From Actinomycetes bacterium (GTDB lineage: Bacteria > Actinomycetota > Acidimicrobiia > Acidimicrobiales > JAMCPL01), in NCBI GenBank assembly GCA_021846515.1, contig JAJZWU010000005.1:4659-68658 (forward strand): 64,000 nucleotides of DNA, read 5' to 3'. Shown in pieces: positions 47,501-56,064 of this stretch. The notes below the pieces were generated by a model. The model was not told where the DNA came from. It did not search any database and was given only the letters and a program-made list of their open reading frames with translations. Position 1 is the first letter of the stretch. Each line of letters starts with the position of its first letter. The position numbers were made by a program, and so were the translations under genes.

Positions 47501-49460
47501 GACCGCCAGGATAAGCGCCCTCATACCTGACAACATGATAAATGAATTGGTGGGTGTACCGGGATCGAATGGCTCAGGGGTAGTCGCATATTCGAATGGG
47601 AGATTGCCCGGTGACCTGCGAGATACCGCATCCGCAGCGCTTTCTGCAACACCGGGAGGGAAGTCATCCGTAATGTGGTCCCCCGGCTTCGGAGCATCAT
47701 ATCAGGTGGGAGATTGGATACAGGTAAACACTCCTTCACCGATGACCATCTCCCATCTGAATATGAAGATCGTTGCAGATGGTTTTCACTCGGTACCTAC
47801 GGCAATGCGCATTACCAACGGCAGCAGGCAGCATGTCTATGTAAAACTTCCACCCATCCCAAATCGCAAGGGAAGAGATGTCGCCACTCCGGTCACTATC
47901 CATTTCCCAAGTATTTCCGGGCGCCACCTACGTTTTACCTTTACTGCAGTACGCTTTGTATATACCAAGGATTACTATTCATCTACACCTATTGCCTTGC
48001 CGCTCGGTATAGCGTCTCTCGGTATCCCCGGGGTTGTTATACCGCCACCGCCGGCCAACATCCCTGCAGTATGCCGCAAGGGGCTTGTATCGATCAACGG
48101 ACAACCGCTATGGCTGGAAATCACCGGATCTTCATCTACCGCCCTCTCGGGTCAGGGTCTCCGGATTGAGGGATGCGGTCCTGATGCTTCCGGCGTAACA
48201 TTGCGTGCCGGCAACAATACAGTTGTCTCCGCAAACGGCCATGTAACCGGTTTCAATATAGATAGACTCGTACTTGACTCTGCTCCCGGTGGATCAGCTG
48301 AATTACCCCTATCGGGAGGGGGTGTTCCATTCATGAGTACGGCACCGAATGGGCAACCGACTGGCAATACCCCAAAAGTTACCGTTCTATCCAAGACACC
48401 GGTATCTATGAACCTCAGGGTAACCGGAGCTACCCGGCCTTTTTGGCTGGTACTGGGAGAAAGTTACAACCTGGGATGGCAGGCGAATATACATGGTGAA
48501 CACAGCGGAAAAGACACTATCCTCTCAAAACCTGAACTAATAGACGGATTCGCCAACGGCTGGCTGGTGGACCCAGCACCAGGCTCATCCGGCAGTTTGA
48601 ACATTTCCTTGGACTGGAAGCCCCAGACACCGGTTTGGATCGCATTGTTACTTTCTGCGGTAGGCATGCTGCTATGTATATTAATTGTATTACTATCCTA
48701 CCTGGAGCGAAAGCGGCTAAAAAGACTGGCAGGCCGAATCTTGGGAACAAACCGCATCCGGCTTCGTAATAGGCCAACGACCACCAGTAACGTTATGCAA
48801 TATAACGATGCTACTGGTACGGGAAAACGTTCAGAGGAATCTACTGCTGTTGGCCGTACTGGCCATGCCGGGAGTACACTGGCAGGAATTACAGAGGTTG
48901 AGGAGCCTACCCTGACATCACCATTTACCTGGAATCGCAGACCGCTCTCCACAGGAAAGATACTTATATTGGCAGTTGTAGCCGGGTTGTCCGCAGGAAG
49001 CATCACCAATCCATGGATAGGCATTTCTCTGTTCTGTGCGGTACTGGCATGCCTGGTCGTCTCATGGGGACGGACGTTTCTCACCATGACGGCATTAACA
49101 ACCATCGTATCCACTGGGGCATATATGGTATACAGGCAGGCTGTGGAGCATTTTCTTCCAGGATCATCCTGGGCTCCGCAATTCGCGATTGCAAGTACAC
49201 TCACCTGGATTGCGGTAATATTTCTCGCAGCCGACGCTATGATAACCGGCATTTTTGGGCGCACTCCTCCCATTTATCCAGGATCGGAACAACCTTATTA
49301 CGTTTCACCGGTATCGTCCTCCTCTTCGTCGGAAATGCCTCCGGCCACCGGAACTCCTTACCCTGCCACTTCCGCCATCCCGGCCTCTGGAACTCCGACC
49401 ACACAGGCACCCCCCTCTGTCGCAAAAGAGAACATGCAGGCTGGCAGTGATGAGGAGTAA
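44523..49460 (+). CDS. AftD-like alpha-(1->3)-arabinofuranosyltransferase family protein (DUF3367, GT-C) with discoidin/CBM-like domains
   Basis: 1645 aa. N-terminal polytopic GT-C region with the SDTKSYLYLDPGRF motif and many TM helices. A large extracytoplasmic part carries an F5/8 type C-like signature (ALDGDLNTSWL...WWQVNL). There are further C-terminal TM helices and a P/S/T-rich tail. Confidence 0.75.
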   Translation: MTESAITTGTVSSVSQPDKKYPAFMRSARHRQMNTQSRLSRVAEYLVIALIGYIPQLASRPGVVVSDTKSYLYLDPGRFLVQSMYMWYPSMAAGTVTHERIGYLFPMGPFFLAARFAGIPLWVAERLWMGSILFGAGAGVLYMCKVLGIRGPGRPVAALAYMISPYFLQYVGRESVITLAWAGLPFMIAYTEKTLSSNRKQPGSWRYPALFAIVVATISGINATAVLYLGLAPVLWILFQVTVTREHTWKEAWRATWRIGMLTTLLSLWWVGGLYVEGAYGINVLKYTETVPAVASTSLASEILRGLGYWYFYGSGRLGLWVITSSEMTQQLTTLAFSFAVPILAFVSAIWISFRYRSYFAFLIAFGMIFAVGTYPYTHPSFIGELLKLFMTKTTAGFAIRSTDRATPMVILGTSVLLGLGITALYRHTLSRYKESGTTRHNWLHSKLKYLVGVAAALVCATIIALANPAVWNGTTVPSHYTQPHPLPSYEYKAASWLDSHCNGKRVLVEPGEDFAAYRYGDTIDTIYPGISTCQFILREQLIMGSLPTADMMYAIDSPIQEGAYNWKALAPMARLFSAGYILVQNNLQYERYGQPHPRILWQHFASGIPGLGKPVGFGKPTPNISSIPWVDEQVLKSPADLPWPSPVEVLPVSDPRPIVRAESTNSELLVDGDASGIADAASVGLLNGNNAILYAGTLDKHKSQLDKAIKNGAVLVVTDSNKKRAFAWDLLHGNVGYTEIASEHYAASHPSDAPLRIFGKQPASAMTVAQFTGNVASVTASSYGNAIAYNPEYQPAMALDGDLNTSWLVGAFGVGSGQWWQVNLRHSITTDKINLVQPLAKSDRSITRVTLFFSKSSNPQFPNGSTAPQHGITVDMTAASLTPQGQTITFSPHTFKTLRIRIDSTNRSQLGSKAAIPPVGFSEVRIPGISTTRNLLMPKDLLSAAGSASIHNQLVIIMDRHRLSPYPPHSDPEHQLRRIVWLPDTRRFGISGTARISALIPDNMINELVGVPGSNGSGVVAYSNGRLPGDLRDTASAALSATPGGKSSVMWSPGFGASYQVGDWIQVNTPSPMTISHLNMKIVADGFHSVPTAMRITNGSRQHVYVKLPPIPNRKGRDVATPVTIHFPSISGRHLRFTFTAVRFVYTKDYYSSTPIALPLGIASLGIPGVVIPPPPANIPAVCRKGLVSINGQPLWLEITGSSSTALSGQGLRIEGCGPDASGVTLRAGNNTVVSANGHVTGFNIDRLVLDSAPGGSAELPLSGGGVPFMSTAPNGQPTGNTPKVTVLSKTPVSMNLRVTGATRPFWLVLGESYNLGWQANIHGEHSGKDTILSKPELIDGFANGWLVDPAPGSSGSLNISLDWKPQTPVWIALLLSAVGMLLCILIVLLSYLERKRLKRLAGRILGTNRIRLRNRPTTTSNVMQYNDATGTGKRSEESTAVGRTGHAGSTLAGITEVEEPTLTSPFTWNRRPLSTGKILILAVVAGLSAGSITNPWIGISLFCAVLACLVVSWGRTFLTMTALTTIVSTGAYMVYRQAVEHFLPGSSWAPQFAIASTLTWIAVIFLAADAMITGIFGRTPPIYPGSEQPYYVSPVSSSSSSEMPPATGTPYPATSAIPASGTPTTQAPPSVAKENMQAGSDEE

Positions 49461-49469
49461 TATGGCCTG

Positions 49470-50930
49470 ATGAGTATATTGGTTATTGACGTAGGAACCA
49501 CTACTGTTCGAGCTGCCCTGGTTACACCGGAAGGACAGGTCAAGAACATGCGGCAAAGAAAGCTGCATTCTGTATCATCTGCCCCGGGAATGCTCGAATT
49601 CGACGCGGCTGCATTGGCGCGAGATGCCATAGAGCTCGGATCAGCCGTTGCCGGGGAAGCCGGCTCAGTTGCAGCAGTTGGAATAACCAATCAAAGATCC
49701 ACCACAGTAGTATGGGACAGAAAGACAGGTAAGCCGGTAGCACCGGCAATTGGATGGCAGGACTTACGTACCGTAATAAGATGTATAGAGCTTGTAGAGC
49801 AGGGCTACCATACCCCACCAAACGCATCCGCAACCAAGATTGAAGCCATCCTCGACAACATAGACCCAGACAGAGAACAAGACCTATGCTTCGGCACAAT
49901 AGATTCCTGGATAGCCTGGAACCTGTCTGATGGTGATACCCATGCCTCAGACCTGAGCAATACCGCCATGACCGGCTTGCTGGACAGCGATGGATCCGAC
50001 TGGAACAGCGATTTGCTTGCAGCCCTTCGCATACCTGAGTCGATGCTACCGACCATAGTGAACACCTCAGGTGTAACCTGTATTGCGAGCGCCATCCCAG
50101 GCAAACCACCAATTACCGCCATGGTCGGCGACCAGCAGGCTTCAATGGCAGGGCAGGGTTGCACGGTACCCGGTTCGGCCAAGATTACCTTCGGTACGGG
50201 AGCTATGCTCGACTGCTGCACCGGAGCCAACCGGCCGAGCTTTTCTTATATGGGGCCCGACGGTGGAACCATACCAATCATTGCATGGCAACAAAACTCA
50301 ACTCCCACTTGGGGCGTGGAAGCAATCATGCTCTCCGCCGGCTCTGCTATCAATTGGCTCATAGACGACATGGGCATGTTGAAATCACCCGATGAATCCG
50401 ATACATTGGCCGGCCAATGCGAGGATACCGGGGATGTCTATTTCGTTCCCGCCTTGATGGGACTTGGCTCCCCGGTCTGGGACTTCGGCGCACGCGGTGC
50501 ATTCTTTGGCATCACCGGCGGAACCACAAAGGCTCAAATGGTAAGAGCGGTGCTCGAGGGCATAGCTCATAGAGGCGTCGATCTGGCTGAAGCTGCTCAA
50601 ATAGACACGGGATTTACGATAGACAGCATAAGGGTAGACGGTGGCATGTCACGCAACAGCATATTCGTGCAGTCACTGGCAGACCTGTCGGGACGCTCCA
50701 TACAGGTATCCGCCGAAACGGAAGCCACCACCCTGGGAGCCGGGCTGCTTGCAGGCATGGCGGTGGGGATATGGCGCGATACGGATGAGCTTGCAAGCAT
50801 ATACAAGCCCACTCTGGAAATCCAGCCTGTGATAGGCGAGAGTGACCGGCTGGCACGCCGTGTTCGCTTTACCGAAGCGCGCAACAGGGCATCACGTACT
50901 ATACCGGAGCTGTCCGAACTCCACTTTTAG
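49470..50930 (+). CDS. glpK: FGGY-family carbohydrate kinase, glycerol kinase-like
   Basis: 486 aa. VIDVGTTTVRAAL and ITNQRSTTVVWDRKTGKPV...GWQDLRT resemble the GlpK signatures. It starts 9 nt after the AftD-like gene. Confidence 0.65.
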   Translation: MSILVIDVGTTTVRAALVTPEGQVKNMRQRKLHSVSSAPGMLEFDAAALARDAIELGSAVAGEAGSVAAVGITNQRSTTVVWDRKTGKPVAPAIGWQDLRTVIRCIELVEQGYHTPPNASATKIEAILDNIDPDREQDLCFGTIDSWIAWNLSDGDTHASDLSNTAMTGLLDSDGSDWNSDLLAALRIPESMLPTIVNTSGVTCIASAIPGKPPITAMVGDQQASMAGQGCTVPGSAKITFGTGAMLDCCTGANRPSFSYMGPDGGTIPIIAWQQNSTPTWGVEAIMLSAGSAINWLIDDMGMLKSPDESDTLAGQCEDTGDVYFVPALMGLGSPVWDFGARGAFFGITGGTTKAQMVRAVLEGIAHRGVDLAEAAQIDTGFTIDSIRVDGGMSRNSIFVQSLADLSGRSIQVSAETEATTLGAGLLAGMAVGIWRDTDELASIYKPTLEIQPVIGESDRLARRVRFTEARNRASRTIPELSELHF

Positions 50931-50931
50931 T

Positions 50932-51426
50932 TCAAAGTTTCCCCTGGATACGCTCGATACGCTCAGTTATCTGTTGTTCAAAATCTTCCAGTCGTTTTGA
51001 CTTTTCGGTTACTTTTAACCGAACACCCTCCAAAATAGCTATTGCCTTGAGGCGAATCTCTCGATGTCTCTCCTTCTCCACCCCTCCGGAATTTACCTCT
51101 TCTTTCAGGAATGCCAGCTCGTCTTCGGCAGCCAGTATCTCTTTAATCTCATCGAGATTGAATCCCATAAGTGACTGCAACTCGCGAATTCGTAGCACCC
51201 TCTCTATGTCATCTTCACAGTAGCGTCTTTCGCCGCCCGCAGATCTCTCTGCCGGCGCAATCAGCCCCACCTCTTCGTAGTACCTTAGCGTCCTGACGGA
51301 CGTATCTGCCGACTTGGCGGCTTTACCTATCCTAAAACCTGCTTGAGCCATATCCAATGAGATGTTATCACCAAACATATCGTGTTGGATGCCCAGGCGC
51401 AGATGTGTAAGCGTAGGCTTGTACAC
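50932..51426 (-). CDS. MerR-family transcriptional regulator
   Basis: HTH (FRIGKAAKSADTSVRTLRYYEEVGLI) plus a coiled-coil C-terminus. The real start is probably internal (the ATG at 51351, MAQAGFRIG). Confidence 0.8.
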   Translation of the reverse strand: MYKPTLTHLRLGIQHDMFGDNISLDMAQAGFRIGKAAKSADTSVRTLRYYEEVGLIAPAERSAGGERRYCEDDIERVLRIRELQSLMGFNLDEIKEILAAEDELAFLKEEVNSGGVEKERHREIRLKAIAILEGVRLKVTEKSKRLEDFEQQITERIERIQGKL

Positions 51427-51580
51427 TGAGGCGGTTGAGCAACTGCTGGTGCAGGGATAAGATGCTGAGAGAGTTGTATAAAATTACCACAATATGCGTT
51501 ATATCAAACGCCAGTCGATACAATATATACTATTAGTAAGGAAAATAATAGCAGGCAACAAGTTTTTACGGCTATTGGTA

Positions 51581-51609
51581 TTGACAGCAGGTCAAAAATA
51601 GTATATAAT
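51581..51609 (+). promoter_or_regulatory. Perfect sigma-70/SigA-type consensus promoter TTGACA-17 nt-TATAAT
   Basis: TTGACA at 51581-51586, a 17-nt spacer, then TATAAT at 51604-51609. It lies 76 nt upstream of the ATG at 51686, which has an AAAGGGGG SD. Confidence 0.7.
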
Positions 51610-51685
51610 TTCTACGGTAAGTGTATTGGGAGATTCTGCACAACAAACTAAGCAGACAAAATAGCCACGAAAGGGGGCATTTTTA

Positions 51686-54600
51686 ATGCCATCAAGTAAT
51701 TACAGTTCATTTGAGAGTTCGGATATAGATAGCTCAGTCGGTGACCACAGTGAGCCAGGGGCGATATCGCATAGCAACAAGCATGGGCTATACAGACATG
51801 GAAAACCGAACTGGAGGGGACGCAACGCGATACAGCGCGCCATGCGGGCATCGTTGGCGTGGCTTGCCGCGTTCGGGGCGGTGCTATCTATCGTCGGCGG
51901 AGCGCTTATCGCCACCGGATCGGTAGCCAGCGCCAGTACTACAGTCAATCTGGGCAATTGTACTTTTAAATCGCCAGTTAACGGAAATAGCTACACATCG
52001 AGTAATACCAAGATAGCTGCGTTCCCGACAAAAGCAGGGGGCTCAGTCGGAATTTCTTGTTCTAATATGAATCCTGGTTCATCGGGCTATGGAGATGCCA
52101 TTGCCGCCGGTGAATCCAGCATGGCTACAGCTATAGCAAAATGCAACGGTGCAACATGTAGCGGTACATCAAGCCCAACCATTGAGGGTATTGCGCTTAA
52201 CGAAGCTGACGTTACTGCAGGCGATGCACTTTGCAATACGATTACAGGTAGCTGCAGCTCTTCAGAGAGTGGTACCTATAGCGAACCAAGTCCCTGGAAG
52301 GCAGGTGGTCAACAGACAGAACCAATTATCGGGCAAATCGCATGGGGAGCCGGTGACCCAAATGCCTCGTGTCCTCCATCTCAGCAATGGGTCAATATTG
52401 GGCTGGTAGGTTGCGGGATCGGTGTAACAGATACCAACGGAGATGTATTTGGGTTGGTAGTAGACCAATATCCAAGTCAGCCAACACCGCAAGCTCCGAA
52501 GATTGAGCTGAACGGATCGACGTCTACTGCTTCAGTAAGTGCCGGTGGATCGGTGAGCGTAGCGGATCAGCCCTGCACGCCGTCATCTTCTACTGTGTGC
52601 CCATATTTTTGGGGAGATCCACTCAGCACTGTTCCAAATAATGGAAGCAGCCTTGACGGTGCTACATTGCCAGGTGCCAGCCTATACATAGAGCTCTGTC
52701 CTTCCAGTGGCTCATGTATAAATATCCCTGATTCCGCTTCATCTCCAACTGTCAAGGTAAATCCAGCAGTTTACAATGTCACCTCTGCGCCCTGCTATAT
52801 ATCTTCTCTGTCTAGTAACCAAGAGGGTTGCACTGACAGTGGCAACACCGGAAGCTTCAAAGGATCATTTACCTCATACCCAACTATAGGAGGTTCATTT
52901 ACGGTACCAAGTAGCACACCTGCAGGCACATACACCGTTGAGATACTTGAACAAAATGGCCTTGGTATTGCCACAGGGAATAGCACCAATTCAAGTTACC
53001 CGAATTACATTGAGGCAACCGCAAGCCTGACCGTTGGATCATCGTCATCGACAACCCCGACAATTTCGTCGATAAACCCAACCTCTGGGTCGACAGCAGG
53101 TGGAACCAGCGTGACTATTACAGGTACGAACTTCACCTCATCTGCGACGGTGAAGTTTGGCTCGACAGCTGCAACCAGTGTGAAGTACAACTCAGCCACT
53201 TCACTTACTGCAATCTCTCCAGCAGAGTCCGCGGGTACGGTACAGGTGACAGTTACTACCTCCACCGGTACGTCCAATGGGGTTAGCTATACATATACAT
53301 CCTCTACATCGACAACCCCGACAATCACCTCTATCACCCCTGACTCATCTCCACTTGCAGGTGGTGGTACAGCTACAATTATAGGTACCAACCTCTCTGC
53401 TGCATCTGCAGTCAACTTCGGGTCAACTGCTGCAATCAATGTAAAGGCTGTATCTTCGACCGAGATTACAGTTACTATACCGGCAGCCTCATCACCTGGA
53501 TTGGTAGATGTCACTGTGCATGCGTCAGGACAGACATCTGCAGGAGCGGGATTCATGTATGTGACAAGCCAGATTCCCTATACCCCAGTCACCCCATACC
53601 GGATAGCAGATACCAGATGCTCGGCAAGCCCACAACCGGCATTCTGTTCAGCTGAAAATCTTCCAACAGTCAACCAGTCGCTCTCTTCTCCACCTGCTGG
53701 TGGCAGTGTTACTGTACAAGTAACAGGAACAGGCTCCGGCTCAGACTCAGTACCGTCCGGTGCGCAGTCAGTGGTGGTAACAGTTACAGCAATTGCAGGA
53801 TTGACGGCAAAGAATGGATATCTAACTGTCTACCCAGCAGGTACCAATCCACCTACTGCATCATCTCTTAACTACGCACCCGGTATGGCAATACCAAATC
53901 TGGTGACAGCTACACTTGGATCAGGTGGTGCAATAGATATACTCTCGTCTTCTGCAAATGTAAACATCGTGGTGGACGTAGAGGGATACTATATGCCATC
54001 TACATCTACGTCGACTTCTACAAACAAGTTCACTCCACTGCCACTACCGGTAAGATTGCTTGATACCAGATGCGAAGGAGCACTGGCTGGCAGCTCCTAC
54101 TGCACAGGACTCAACCTTCCCACCGTAAACCAGCTAACGGCTCCCGGTGCAGATAGCTACATCAAAGTGGAGGTTGCCGGGCTGAATAGCATACCTGTAT
54201 CTGCAACCGCGGTCAGCCTGGTAGTCACTGCGGCAGGTCCCAGTTCTGGTGGGTATCTAACTGTATTCCCGGCAGGTTCATCCACTACACCACCTGAAAC
54301 TTCCAATGTGAACTTCCACAAAGGTATTCCATCTGCAGACTCTGTGACAGTAGCGGTAGGTACAGGTGGGTTCATATACGTCTACAACTCTGCCGGCACT
54401 CCCACCAATGTAATAGTGGATATCAATGGATACTTCTCTCCCAACGGATATACCCTTACTCCATCCTCTCCGGTAAGGATATGCGACACAAGATCGCTCT
54501 CACCTGGAGATGTGGTATCTGGAGTAAGCGAACAGTGCGCCAACTCTGGCACTGCGCTGGATCCATCCACAAGTTCCACAGATCCAATTACCCTGCAGGT

Positions 54601-54859
54601 AACCGGCATTGCAGGTATACCGTCTAGCGCAAAGGTGGTGGTTGCAAACATCACTGTTGTAAATACAATAACAGGCTCTGGATACTTAACTGCATGGGCA
54701 GCAGGTGCAACCCAGCCCACTACCTCCAATATTAACTGGGGCAAGGGTCAGGTAATGCCAAACATGGTTATATCTGCTCTTAACTCCTCTGGTCAGATGG
54801 AGATCTACTGCTCCTCTACTGCCAATGTCATAGTGGATGTGGTTGGGTGGTACTCCTAG
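51686..54859 (+). CDS. Large secreted/cell-surface protein: N-terminal anchor, Cys-rich region, two IPT/TIG domains, three copies of an unnamed ~130-aa module
   Basis: 1057 aa. Hydrophobic segment LAWLAAFGAVLSIVGGALIA. Two IPT/TIG-like repeats (INPTSGSTAGGTSVTITGTNF..., ITPDSSPLAGGGTATIIGTNL...). Three C-terminal repeats each carry R(I/L)xDTR ... GYLT(V/A) ... P..S..N ... N(V/I)(I/V)VD(V/I)xG(Y/W)(Y/F). Confidence 0.8.
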   Translation: MPSSNYSSFESSDIDSSVGDHSEPGAISHSNKHGLYRHGKPNWRGRNAIQRAMRASLAWLAAFGAVLSIVGGALIATGSVASASTTVNLGNCTFKSPVNGNSYTSSNTKIAAFPTKAGGSVGISCSNMNPGSSGYGDAIAAGESSMATAIAKCNGATCSGTSSPTIEGIALNEADVTAGDALCNTITGSCSSSESGTYSEPSPWKAGGQQTEPIIGQIAWGAGDPNASCPPSQQWVNIGLVGCGIGVTDTNGDVFGLVVDQYPSQPTPQAPKIELNGSTSTASVSAGGSVSVADQPCTPSSSTVCPYFWGDPLSTVPNNGSSLDGATLPGASLYIELCPSSGSCINIPDSASSPTVKVNPAVYNVTSAPCYISSLSSNQEGCTDSGNTGSFKGSFTSYPTIGGSFTVPSSTPAGTYTVEILEQNGLGIATGNSTNSSYPNYIEATASLTVGSSSSTTPTISSINPTSGSTAGGTSVTITGTNFTSSATVKFGSTAATSVKYNSATSLTAISPAESAGTVQVTVTTSTGTSNGVSYTYTSSTSTTPTITSITPDSSPLAGGGTATIIGTNLSAASAVNFGSTAAINVKAVSSTEITVTIPAASSPGLVDVTVHASGQTSAGAGFMYVTSQIPYTPVTPYRIADTRCSASPQPAFCSAENLPTVNQSLSSPPAGGSVTVQVTGTGSGSDSVPSGAQSVVVTVTAIAGLTAKNGYLTVYPAGTNPPTASSLNYAPGMAIPNLVTATLGSGGAIDILSSSANVNIVVDVEGYYMPSTSTSTSTNKFTPLPLPVRLLDTRCEGALAGSSYCTGLNLPTVNQLTAPGADSYIKVEVAGLNSIPVSATAVSLVVTAAGPSSGGYLTVFPAGSSTTPPETSNVNFHKGIPSADSVTVAVGTGGFIYVYNSAGTPTNVIVDINGYFSPNGYTLTPSSPVRICDTRSLSPGDVVSGVSEQCANSGTALDPSTSSTDPITLQVTGIAGIPSSAKVVVANITVVNTITGSGYLTAWAAGATQPTTSNINWGKGQVMPNMVISALNSSGQMEIYCSSTANVIVDVVGWYS

Positions 54860-54892
54860 GACTATAGACTACAAGTCATTATATAGACAAGA

Positions 54893-54937
54893 GCCCCCAT
54901 CACCACCTATCCCAGGTGCAGTTGGGGGTTCTTTTGT
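54893..54937 (+). terminator. Rho-independent terminator after the 1057-aa gene
   Basis: CCCCCA (54894-54899) pairs with TGGGGG (54923-54928). An inner CACC/GGTG stem lies within, and TTCTTTTGT follows. Confidence 0.6.
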
Positions 54938-55003
54938 ATCTGCTACAAAATGATTTAGATTATAAACAGATACACATATTTTAGCTAGAAACCGTCATGC
55001 TTA

Positions 55004-55033
55004 TTGTACAGTAAGTCAGTAATGTGCTAGAAT
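55004..55033 (+). promoter_or_regulatory. Putative promoter TTGTAC-18 nt-(TGc)TAGAAT for the lipoprotein-SBP-ABC operon
   Basis: Hexamers read directly. There is an extended -10 TG. It lies about 95 nt upstream of the ATG at 55128. Confidence 0.4.
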
Positions 55034-55127
55034 GCAACCAATGCAAGCCATCTGATTAGCTGGCTTACTTGAAGGAACGGAATATTAACCATAGTATATT
55101 GAGATATAAGGAGAGTGGGATCCACAG

Positions 55128-56060
55128 ATGATCAAGCCTAATATAAAGAGCGTGACACGAGTAATGATATTAGTTGCAGCAGCTTCCTTGGCGCTGGCAG
55201 CATGTAGTAGTTCAAAGTCGACCACTACAACAACTTCAAAGTCGACTACTACAACAACCAGTACCAACAATCCCTTAAATAGCAAGGCGAATGTAGCGGC
55301 TCAGGCAGCGCTACAGGCCAGTGCAACCAAGACTGCAGCGGCGGGCGGCGTAAATCTATCATTAACCTTTAACATCACTAACCCCTCTGCCAACGGTCAT
55401 CCTCCATCTGTCGCAATTGCAGGAAGCCTGTCAGGTACTTACAACATGTCCAGCAACGAGGGCAACCTAACCGTAGATATAACTACCCCGCTAACAATCT
55501 CCCAACTGATTGGCGGTCCACTGCACCTTTCTATTCTCAACGGAGAGGCATATTTTATACCACCTTCCACGCTGGCAAGTACCCTTGGAACCAACCCAGG
55601 CCAGTACGCAGAAGTACCACTCTCTACTCTTGCTACCCTCCTTCAGCTCGGCAAACTGGGCAGCAGCATCATCAACCCTTCAGGACTGTTTAACCTGTTC
55701 AACACAAAAGCCATGCTGGTAACAAACCTGGGTAGTGCGACGGTAAACGGAGTAGCGACGACGCATTATACTACCAGCGTAAACCTTGACACGGCTATTG
55801 CCGATGGCGGCCCGGCAAAATCAATATATGAGGGACTCAAGTCGACATCACCAAAAGAAGCAAGCGCCACCTCCCAGGTATGGATCGGTACCGCGAATGA
55901 TCGTCTACGCCAGATATCGCTTTCCATAGCTGATTTGCCTTCAGGACTGGTATGGAACCAGGGCGCCACTATGGGCATCACTCTCGATATCGCCCAATTT
56001 GGTATACCTGTCAATATAACTCCACCTCCAGCAAGCCAGGTCAAGCAGGTCACCCTCTAA
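55128..56060 (+). CDS. Lipoprotein of unknown function (possible LolA/LppX-like fold)
   Basis: 310 aa. Signal peptide with a lipobox (LALAAC). S/T-rich tether with a duplicated SKSTTTTT unit. The fold assignment is only a guess from sequence pattern. Confidence 0.7.
   Translation: MIKPNIKSVTRVMILVAAASLALAACSSSKSTTTTTSKSTTTTTSTNNPLNSKANVAAQAALQASATKTAAAGGVNLSLTFNITNPSANGHPPSVAIAGSLSGTYNMSSNEGNLTVDITTPLTISQLIGGPLHLSILNGEAYFIPPSTLASTLGTNPGQYAEVPLSTLATLLQLGKLGSSIINPSGLFNLFNTKAMLVTNLGSATVNGVATTHYTTSVNLDTAIADGGPAKSIYEGLKSTSPKEASATSQVWIGTANDRLRQISLSIADLPSGLVWNQGATMGITLDIAQFGIPVNITPPPASQVKQVTL
55212..55259 (+). repeat. 24-bp tandem repeat x2 (TCAAAGTCGACyACTACAACAACy) encoding SKSTTTTT
   Basis: Read directly, with two mismatches. 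In frame inside the lipoprotein tether. Confidence 0.85.
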
Positions 56061-56064
56061 CCAA

